Assembly (NCBI RefSeq): GCF_964188315.1
Contig: NC_135671.1
Location: 4,278,001-4,342,000 of the forward strand
Length of the DNA stretch: 64,000 bases
Reading direction: 5' to 3'
Source of the DNA: Podarcis muralis
Taxonomy: Eukaryota
Shown piece after piece: positions 9,655-18,655 of the stretch. The translations under genes and the position numbers were made by a program. The first letter of the stretch is position 1, and every line of letters begins with the position of its first letter. The notes beneath the pieces are model-generated. The model was given only the letters and a program-made list of their open reading frames with translations, searched no databases and was not told the DNA's origin.

Positions 9655-11996
9655 TCCTCAGGCAAACATGAGATGCTACCTTCTACTAATAGTGCAGCAG
9701 GTCTACCGTGATTGACTCTTTCTGGCAGTGTCGCTGCAAGGTTTGAGGCAAAGACTCTGCTATCTGTGAAGCTTGAGTTGTGGTTTTTTGTTTTTGTTTG
9801 TTTTTTACTGGTGATGATAGGGATTGAACCTGAGATGTTCCAAGTACAAAGCCATTCTCTGCCACTGAAATATGACCCTGTTATAGGTTTATGGATTTGG
9901 TAATGGTAAAGGTAATCAGGCCAAGGGAGCCGACGTTTGTCTGCAGACAGCTTTTTCTGGGTCATGTGGCCAGCATCACTAAACTGCTTCTGGTGCACGG
10001 AACACCATGATGAGTGCCAGAGTGCACAGAAACACCACTTACTTTCCCACCGCAATGGTACCTATTTATCTACTCACACTGGTATGCTTCCGAACTGCTA
10101 GGTTGACAGCAGTTGGGACAGAGCAACCAGAACTCACCCTGTCATGCAGATTCAAACTGCCGACCTTATGATCAACAAGCCCAAGAGGCTCAATGGTTTA
10201 GACGACAGTGCTACCTACGTCCCTTTAAGTTTATGGGTTAAATGAGGTTTTGGGGCATCAAGGCTAATTTCCTTGGAGGTGATTACTTGACTCATGTGTG
10301 TATTTAAGTCAGACCCAATGTGTATCTAAGCCATGTGCTGGACCTTGTTAATCCTTTATTTAACCAAGTGTAAAAGCTCATTAAGTTAGATAATTTTCAT
10401 TTGATGTGTTAGTCTGGGGTAGAGCTACACAAAGAATAATAAAAAAATCCCATTTGCAAATGAGTGTGTTTAATAATAATAATAATACCCCGCCCATCTG
10501 ACTGGGTTGCCCCAACCACTCTGGGAGGCTTTCAGCATATACCCTCAATGAAGGGTTTTGTGTAAAAGACAACTCCAGTGTTTTAGCGTGTTAGGAAAGG
10601 TTAGAGTATAGAATGGAAGTTAGGAATGAAGTAATAGAGTTAGGAAGCAATGTGGGCGAGAAGCAGAGAGAGATACTAAGTGAGAAGCAGAGTGCAAGAG
10701 ACAGTGTAGCCTTATTAGACTTTACTGATTGGTGGGCTCTGCATTGCTCCTGGATGGAGGAAGGAAGTCAAATGACACCGAGGGTTGGTTCAGAGAAAGA
10801 GTTCTTTATTTCTGCTCTCCGGAGCAGCAGAAAGGCACTTGCGTGGTCAGTCCACAGCAAGTCCAAAGAAATGAGAGATTTCATGCAGTATATATATCCT
10901 CCAGGCACCCTCTCCCCCTTCCCCAGGAATCTAACCACGTCAGCTTATACACGCAGGTTGACATCACAGATGTTCCTGCTCCGGTACTCTTAACCATAAA
11001 AGGGTTTTCCTTCCTGTAATCCTGACCATAAAAGGTTATTCCTGTTCCTATATTCTTATCTTGGAACAAGAGGTCACCAACTCCAAGAACATACTCTGGC
11101 GCTGTTCCCGGGCTAGGTCTGTGCCTCAGAGTGTGGTCAGGACGTAAGTTAAGACCTAGACATGTCATCCCTGTTCCACTTTGGAATGGACAAGGCCATC
11201 CGTCATTACCAGCCTTCATGGACTGATAAGGGAGAGAGCTCTGAGCACTTGTTTATACAGCTGGGTTTTGGCTCAAGAGCTCAAGTTAAAGCATTTTAGA
11301 AATGCTCCCTTGGAAAAGGAAAAAAAGGTGGATTTTATGGAGTTTGGAACTTAACAGGTTAAGTTGTTCCCATGATGCCACAACATTCTGACGTCAGCTT
11401 TCGAAGCTGGGAGGAGTTTGGGAGGAGTTTGCTGTTCCTCTCTGTGCTGTGAGAGGGAAAGGAAGCAGTTTGTCATGGCTGCAAGTAGTCCTGGATTTTC
11501 CGGAGAAATGTTGGAATAAACAACTGTAAATAGACAAACCTGTACTCTGTGTGTTTGTCAAAGGACGCGGTAGCTTTCCCGCTGTGTGAACTCTGCTGGG
11601 CGTGACTGGACGACGGAGCTAAGTGGCGCAGCTGAGGGAAGCGCGCCGGACGGCAGTAAAGAGCTAAAGCTAATTGTGGATCGTAAATCAATTAGCGGGG
11701 GTCATGCCAAAACAATCAATCAACTTGACAGGTTATGGAACTTAATCACCGATCGTAAAGCTATCACTGGAGATCTGCCGAGAGCTTTGAAGTCTGCGGT
11801 CTAGAGCAGAGAAGCACGGCAGGAGGCGGAGGCTGGAATTTGAGGCAAGCGGCTAGCTGAAAGACGCAGAGGTTTGCCTGTGTTGCTGCGGAGCCGAGAG
11901 CTGAGAGCAGCAAGGGATCGTTTCTCCACGGATGGGTGCCGGAGGAGCTTGTAATCTGTGAGTACAGCTTGGGGCCCCTTGGGAGAACGGAAGAAG

Positions 11997-12656
11997 ATGG
12001 CGGACGGCCATGATTCATTCTCCGTGCCTTTCAAAAAGTTAAACGGCCAGAATTGGGCGGAATGGAGTCGAAAGCTGAAGGCCTGGCTGGTAGCCAAGGG
12101 TCTGTGGGAGGCGGTCTTAGGGCCTCCACTGCCTCCACCAGCTGCCGGAGCTTCGGCTGCAGACATTGCAAATGCGCATGCTTCGCAGAGAAAAAATCAG
12201 AAAGCCCTGGGAGCTATAGTGCTCAGTTTGGAGGGCTCACAGTTGCCCCATGTGGAGGGTTTGGACACTGCGCATGAAGCTTATACTGCTTTGGAAAGAG
12301 TGCACCACAGAACCACGGCTGGTGCAAAAATCCACACCACCAGGCGTTTGTTTGAGATGAAGCTGCGTCCAGGTGGGGACATTAGACAGCATGTTACAGA
12401 GATGCTCTCTGTGTTTAATGAGCTGCGGCTGTTGCAGGTTAACTTCACAGATGAGCTGAAGGTATATATTTTGCTCAGCTCTCTGGACAAAAGTTATGAC
12501 AATTTATGTCTAACTTTGGAGTCTATGAGTCCGCAGGATTTGACTCTGTCATACGTCACGGGACGCTTGACTGACGAACAGGAGAGACGCGTAAGGGAGA
12601 GCAAGTCTGGCGCAGGCAGCTCCACCGGACGCAAGGGGGGGGGGCAGGCCAGATGA
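11997..12656 (+). CDS. gag: copia gag (N-terminal part; frameshifted at a G10 run just before the zinc knuckle)
   Basis: KLNGQNWAEW..., ALGAIVLSLEGSQL, LLSSLDKSYDNL are typical copia gag/UBN2-like motifs; first ATG at 11997. Confidence 0.88.
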   Translation: MADGHDSFSVPFKKLNGQNWAEWSRKLKAWLVAKGLWEAVLGPPLPPPAAGASAADIANAHASQRKNQKALGAIVLSLEGSQLPHVEGLDTAHEAYTALERVHHRTTAGAKIHTTRRLFEMKLRPGGDIRQHVTEMLSVFNELRLLQVNFTDELKVYILLSSLDKSYDNLCLTLESMSPQDLTLSYVTGRLTDEQERRVRESKSGAGSSTGRKGGGQAR

Positions 12657-14808
12657 GAGCTCTGTTCAGGCTTTTTCCACTCGTCGGTGCTATGTGTGTG
12701 GATCCAACAGCCATTTCAAAAGAGACTGTCCACAAAGAGCGAGGGCAGCTGCACAGGAAGGCTTCAAGGACACTTCCCATGGGAATCAGTCGGGTTTCCA
12801 TGGCAACCAGTCTGGAAGAGGGGGCCAGCGTGGGAACGCAAGAGAAGGACGTGGAAAACAACGTGAGGAGGCTTATCAACTAACAGCTAGTCTGGCTTTG
12901 TCTGAGGACAGCTGTGAGACAGGCTCAGAGCTTTGTTTTGTAATCGACTCTGCAGCAAACTGCAATTTGATTCCAGAGACCCCTGCTGTCGAGATGTGGA
13001 ATTGCACGGCAATTCCGACTGGAAAAACTGTACTCTTTGCAAATGGACAGAAAAAGAATGTAACTAATTCTGTGAATGTGCATGTGTTTGTTTTACAGGA
13101 GACGTTGGAGTGTTGTACCATTCCTGGGATGCACCACTGTCTTTTATCTGTGCCTTATTTGTTGAAAAAGGGGTTTAAGGTTTGTTTCGAAGATGATGTC
13201 TGCACAATCTCCAAAGGAGGGAGGATATTTGCCAAGGTTAAAAAGGGGCAGAATGATCTCTTTGTTCTTAAAACACCTCTGGAGGGTGAGGGGAAGGTTG
13301 AGAAAGCACAGGCTCTACGTGCTGAAATCAGCAATCATGTGACATGTGCACATGCGTGGCATGCAAGAACAGCTCATGGTTCTCTAGAAGAACTACAGGT
13401 GCTGCCTGAGGTTTCCAAAGGTTGTGAAATCACAGAATGTGGATGTGCTGTAAATTGTGAAACTTGCAAACTGGCAAAGGTAAGAGGATGCAGTTATCCA
13501 AAAGTGGAGAGGGAAACCACAAAACCTTTTGAACTGGTCCACATAGATTTGTGGGGTCCTGTAAAGGAGGCGAGTCTGGGAGGTGCAAGGTTTCTGCTGA
13601 CGGTGCAGGATAATTTTACGCAGAACACCTGGACCCATGGTCTCAAATCCAAGGATGATGCAGCACAGCTGATCAAAGGATGGATTGAGGAGGTGGAACA
13701 AAGGTTTTCCACCAGAGTGCAAGCAGTCACCAGTGACAGAGGAGCTCAGTTTACAGGGTCTGCTTTGCAGAAGTTCTTTCACAAGAAAGGGATACGTCAC
13801 ACAGTGACTTCACCCAATCAGAGGGGGGTGGCAGAGCTGAGAAGTGAGGCTCTGGTTAAGGCTGCACAGGTGATGCTGGCAGATTCTGGGTTACCTCCAA
13901 GGTTTTGGCTGGAGGCAATCAAGTATGTGGGCTTCACCTGGAATCGTACCTACAATTCACTAGTAGGTGACACACCCTTTGGGTTGTTGCATGGCAGGAA
14001 ACCCCAGATTCATTTTCTGCGTATGTTTGGTTCAAGTGCATCTGTGCCGGTACCTACTGCATTGCAGGGGTCAGATGGATCCAAGTTTTGGAAAATGATC
14101 TTCTGCGGGTATGAGCCAGAAGCACGTGCATGGAGGTTTGCATATCCATCAGGTGACCAGAGTAAGGTGCTGATCAGTAAACATGCTGAGTTCTATGAGC
14201 AGGATAAAAGGTCAAAAACTGCTGTCATGCGTGATGTGCTCTCAGAATGTCTATCTGATTCTGATGAGGAAAGGGAGGTAGAGGCTGATCCCGGTGATGA
14301 GGACCAGGTCCACGATCAGGGTTCAGAATCCGATGATGACGATCAGGTCACTGACCAAAGTCAGGAACAGGAGGAGGTATCTGTAGCTTCTCCACAAGAT
14401 GTTAAGAGAACACCCAAAAGCGAGCCCAGTTCTCCTGTGAGTGTAATGGAGAGGATTCGAAAACGCTTTAAGTCAGAAGGGGAATCCCTTGATGCTGAGG
14501 ACACACCTTCTGGTGGCGGTGAGTCAGAAGTAACATCTGAGTTTGTGCCTAGAAGGTCCAGTCGCACAACAAAGGGTATTCCACCTGAAAGGTATCAGGC
14601 CACAAGTGCGTGGGTATGTTTCGCACAATGTGATTCTGGGAGTGTTGAAGGGGTTCAACAGGTGCCGGGGAAAGATGCTGGAAAGAGGCACAAGGCAAAG
14701 GGAAAGGTGTTGAACTCAAAAAGGTCTTGTCAGAATGTGCGGCAAGGGGGGGTATGGAGTTTGGAACTTAACAGGTTAAGTTGTTCCCATGATGCCACAA
14801 CATTCTGA
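12645..14808 (+). CDS. pol: copia zinc knuckle-protease-integrase ORF running into the 3' LTR; no RT or RNase H
   Basis: CYVCGSNSHFKRDC knuckle, FVIDSAA (degenerate DSG), HARTAH..CETC, LVHIDLWGP / SDRG / VAE (D,D,E), RRSSRTTKGIPPERY; no YVDD or RNase H motifs follow. Confidence 0.88.
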
Positions 14809-15499
14809 CGTCAGCTTTCGAAGCTGGGAGGAGTTTGGGAGGAGTTTGCTGTTCCTCTCTGTGCTGTGAGAGGGAAAGGAAGCAGTTTGTCATGGCTGCA
14901 AGTAGTCCTGGATTTTCCGGAGAAATGTTGGAATAAACAACTGTAAATAGACAAACCTGTACTCTGTGTGTTTGTCAAAGGACGTGGTAGCTTTCCCGCT
15001 GTGTGAACTCTGCTGGGCGTGACTGGACGACGGAGCTAAGTGGCGCAGCTGAGGGAAGCGCGCCGGACGGCAGTAAAGAGCTAAAGCTAATTGTGGATCG
15101 TAAATCAATTAGCGGGGGTCACGCCAAAACAATCAATCAACTTGACAGATTTGGGGTCCCATTTCAAACTGACTGCACAGAAACCCATTCCTTCATTCCC
15201 TCCTCTTCTTTTGGACAGCCTTACGGCTCGTCCCAATCAATCAATCAAAATGTTTATTCGGCTTTACGCCCATCATGAAACACAACACAACACAACAAAA
15301 CAAATAAAAACAAATCAGATCAAATAAAACAGTGGACTCGTACAAGCCACAAGTAGTATAACACAGTTCTCAACTCAGAAGGACAGATATTAGCCATTCA
15401 TAAGAAAAGTTTAACATTAAGATTTTTTTAAAAAATAAATAATTTAGGCACTACACTAAAATCAACATCTCATGTAATTATAGAAAATTCTTATAACTA

Positions 15500-18400
15500 T
15501 CAATAATCAGCTAACATTCCATTCCGTCTCTTGTACGTGAGGACGGCTGTTAGGAATTTAGCAACCTGTAGGGTGATATAAGGATCCACATCTTGAAGAA
15601 CCCAGGCCAGCTGTAGGTCTACTGATTTGTCAGCCATAGGCTGGATTATGGAGTTTAGTATACTAGCACGGGCTGAACTGTACAAAGGGCAGATAAACAT
15701 AACATGATGTAGAGATTCAGATGTTTTCATTTCACACGCACACATTGAAGGGACTTGGCCCTTAGTGAATCTATGTCTCAGCACGTTTGTTGGAAAGACA
15801 TTAAACCTAGCTCTAATGAAGGCATATCGGTGAGACGCGGCCGTAAGCGATGTTAAGTAGGACGGAGCGCGGTAGATAGGGGTTATGCCGAAATTTAATG
15901 GCGAGCAGACTCCACCACCAGCTACGAAATTTTGGTATAGCTCCACATCATCCAGCCTTTGATTTATACACCTTTTTGCCACATTTAGATCCAGTTTGAG
16001 CAATTCAGTGGGCGAGATCTCATAGGACAGCAATTTGGCATGGATTTTTCCTGACCACAAATTGGTGAAGTCATCTCGCCACATGCATTGAATGAGATAG
16101 TGGTTCGGGAGTTTATGCCATAGGGATATCCAATAATTCAAAACTCTCCTCCATATAACTAACTCCACTGAGGGGATCTTCATTTCTAAGCGGATAGCCG
16201 CATTACTTACGCATGTTGGTAATTTTAGAAGTCGGCGTAAGAATTGGCTTTGAAGTGACTCTAAAGGTGAGAGATTTGCAAAGGCAGCCCATAGAGGTGC
16301 AGCATAGGCCATTGTGGCCATCACTTTGATGCTATACACTTTCAAGGCCGCAGGGATGAATAAGGCCCCCTCAGAGTAGAAAAAACGGAGGAGGGAGTGT
16401 GATAGGGCTTTTGTCATGTTTTGAAGATATTCAACATGCGCTTTCCACCCTAAATTATATTGAAAATAAATTCCTAAATATTTAAATTTATGTACTTGTT
16501 CGATTTTCGTGCCCTCCAGTTTCCATGAATAAAGTTTTCGACTCCTTGAAAATATCAGTACTTTGGACTTGGAATGGTTGATAGTCAGATGATTAGAATG
16601 GCAATATGTCGCAAAAATCTTTAGTGCCCTCCTTAAACCCACTCTGGAGTAAGAGAGTAGTACCGCATCATCTGCGTAGAGAAGTAAAGGACAGCGGTAA
16701 TCTGCTATACGAGGGGAGTGGATAAATTTTTGTGAGTCGGCTAATGGGTTCCTCATATCGCTGATAAATAAATTAAAAAGAAGAGGCGCTAAAATACAAC
16801 CCTGGCGTACACCCTTATTTACTGGCACTGGGTTAGTCAGATCTCCAGCAGGGGATAATCTCACCCTGGCCACGGACCCGGCATGAAGTTGGGAGATAAG
16901 CCACAATAACCTTCTATCTATTCCCCAACAAGCAAGTTTATCCCATAGTAATTTCCTCGGAATACTATCAAACGCAGCTTTCAGATCTATGAAAGCTGCG
17001 CAGAGTTGGCCCCGTCGAGGTGTCGAGTATTTCCGGGCTAAGTGATAAAGAATAATTGCCTGGTCTGTTGTGGATCGGTTTAATCTAAATCCAGCTTGCT
17101 CATGTCCAATCAGGTCAGCCTCAACTGACCACTTCATCAGCCTTGCCAGCAAAAAACGGGCATATATTTTCCCAATGGACGATAGCAGACTGATATTCCG
17201 ATAATTCCCTGGGTCACCGGGAGGGCCTTTTTTGTAGATAGGAATTATAATGGCCTCCTTCCACATTCCTGGTATTAAGCCCGTGGCATTTATTGCGTCG
17301 AATGTTTTAGCTAAAATCCCTGCCCACCATGCAGAATGAAGCTTTATAGCCTCAACAGGGACCAAATCTGGCCCAGGGGCCTTACCAGTTTTCAGCTCAG
17401 CTATCAATTCTAGGATTTCAGCAGGGTTGGTATTAGGCCAGACGGGAAGGGGATTAGAAGGTCTCCAATGAGTGGCCGGAGCTTCTGCCACTGAGAAATA
17501 TTTTCTCAGGAACTGCTCCCATGTATGTAGATGGAGTCTGGCTTGTTTACAAGCAGAGTTGAACCAAGGGGCGCCAAATTTAAAATAATCGTTTTTAGCT
17601 CCATAGGTTGTAGAAGTAAAAAAGCGAGTTAAAACGTCTATCAGGCAAGAAAAACAATTCATACAGGTAATAGGATCGCGCGAGACTATTCCTACGTCCA
17701 TCTGATCGCCAGGAAACTTTTCTCGGATAAAATCCGTATATCTATGAGTGAGGGCAGGGGACCATTTAGTCCCCTTTATTTTAGTGGACGACTCCACAAT
17801 CACCGGGATTGGGTGGGAGCGGTCGAGCAACTGCCAGTCAACACATAACTTGGTTGTCAGGGGAAGATGGTCACTAAATTGGGCATTATCAATTTTAAAA
17901 GAGGTGACATTCAAAAATAGATCCCGGGAAACCAATACATAGTCGAGAACACTGTTTGATTTTAAGCCCAGGTGGGTGAATTCTCCTGGTATGTCTGGAG
18001 GACACCTGCCATTTAATATGATTAAATTAAGGCGTAGAGTCATCTGATAGAGCATCACTCCCGCCTTATTGACTTTTACATCCTTTGATATTCTACTGGG
18101 GGTGTATACTAGATCGTAGGTTTGAACGCCGGGGTCAACCCACCACTTAGACTTTTTAAGAGCCTCCTGATTTGATGCTATCCGAGCGTTAAAATCGCCT
18201 CCAGTAATGGAGGGGACATTGGGATACTTAAGATAACAAGAAAGTAAAAAATCCTCTAGGGATTCCCATCTAGAAGTAAGATCAGCTGCTAACCCTCCTG
18301 GAGGGAAATAGACATTTGTAACCAATAAAGTGAAGTTTCCACCAGAGATCAGTCCGGTAATAGCATAAGGCGGAAATGCATGCACTAGTGAAAGTTTAGC

Positions 18401-18655
18401 CCGAAGTTTGAGGGAGATACCAATTGTAAGGCCACCTTTAGGGTGGCCACCATTCATTGACGGGCTAGCAGGCAGACATATAAACTCAAAGCCATTTAAC
18501 TCAATTTCCTCCTCCACCCAAGTTTCTTGTAATAGTATGATAAGAAAGGAATTAATATATTTTTGGAATTCTGGATCTAATTTTTTGCTTTTCCAACCAG
18601 CAATGTTCCAACTTAATATTGAAGGCTGGGGTTTCCCCGTTCCTCCAATTGACTG
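15500..18655 (-). CDS. LINE ORF2: APE endonuclease, reverse transcriptase, C-terminal CCHC; open frame begins right after the ORF1 stop with no AUG
   Basis: ILSWNIAG, LLQETW, GDFNAR, SVLDY, SDHLP; YRNISLLS, AAFIDLKAAFDSI, KGVRQGCILAPLLFNL, LLYADD, FKYLG; CACEMKTSESLHHVMFIC. Confidence 0.93.
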   Translation of the reverse strand, partial: QSIGGTGKPQPSILSWNIAGWKSKKLDPEFQKYINSFLIILLQETWVEEEIELNGFEFICLPASPSMNGGHPKGGLTIGISLKLRAKLSLVHAFPPYAITGLISGGNFTLLVTNVYFPPGGLAADLTSRWESLEDFLLSCYLKYPNVPSITGGDFNARIASNQEALKKSKWWVDPGVQTYDLVYTPSRISKDVKVNKAGVMLYQMTLRLNLIILNGRCPPDIPGEFTHLGLKSNSVLDYVLVSRDLFLNVTSFKIDNAQFSDHLPLTTKLCVDWQLLDRSHPIPVIVESSTKIKGTKWSPALTHRYTDFIREKFPGDQMDVGIVSRDPITCMNCFSCLIDVLTRFFTSTTYGAKNDYFKFGAPWFNSACKQARLHLHTWEQFLRKYFSVAEAPATHWRPSNPLPVWPNTNPAEILELIAELKTGKAPGPDLVPVEAIKLHSAWWAGILAKTFDAINATGLIPGMWKEAIIIPIYKKGPPGDPGNYRNISLLSSIGKIYARFLLARLMKWSVEADLIGHEQAGFRLNRSTTDQAIILYHLARKYSTPRRGQLCAAFIDLKAAFDSIPRKLLWDKLACWGIDRRLLWLISQLHAGSVARVRLSPAGDLTNPVPVNKGVRQGCILAPLLFNLFISDMRNPLADSQKFIHSPRIADYRCPLLLYADDAVLLSYSRVGLRRALKIFATYCHSNHLTINHSKSKVLIFSRSRKLYSWKLEGTKIEQVHKFKYLGIYFQYNLGWKAHVEYLQNMTKALSHSLLRFFYSEGALFIPAALKVYSIKVMATMAYAAPLWAAFANLSPLESLQSQFLRRLLKLPTCVSNAAIRLEMKIPSVELVIWRRVLNYWISLWHKLPNHYLIQCMWRDDFTNLWSGKIHAKLLSYEISPTELLKLDLNVAKRCINQRLDDVELYQNFVAGGGVCSPLNFGITPIYRAPSYLTSLTAASHRYAFIRARFNVFPTNVLRHRFTKGQVPSMCACEMKTSESLHHVMFICPLYSSARASILNSIIQPMADKSVDLQLAWVLQDVDPYITLQVAKFLTAVLTYKRRNGMLADY

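Larger units (their letters stand above)
11336..15147 (+). mobile_element. Ty1/copia LTR retrotransposon, non-autonomous (no RT/RNase H), 3812 bp
   Basis: 395-bp LTRs at 11336-11730 and 14753-15147 (2 substitutions seen by eye); 5-bp TSD gattt (11331-11335, 15148-15152); PBS-like ggttatgg at 11731; G-rich PPT before 14753; empty site at about 28656. Confidence 0.95.
10705..15195 (-). mobile_element. ERV 3' LTR (about 674 bp) split by the copia insertion; pieces 10705-11335 and 15153-15195
   Basis: Minus-strand TG(aagg)...(gcta)CA ends, TATA-like and AATAAA signals on the minus strand, PPT aaaagaagaggagggaa adjacent; uninterrupted paralog at 28026-28699. Confidence 0.8.

Noticed and set aside
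10613-10993. 126-aa ORF duplicated at 27934-28314
   Set aside because: Straddles host sequence and the antisense ERV LTR; shared only through recent duplication; no recognisable motif.
11617-11696. Calling a functional tRNA gene in the copia LTR
   Set aside because: Anticodon arm and acceptor stem do not form a canonical cloverleaf; kept only as a tRNA-like finding.
18515-18517. ORF-track start of LINE ORF2 (GTG)
   Set aside because: Lies downstream of the conserved endonuclease WN and QE motifs, so it cannot be the functional start.
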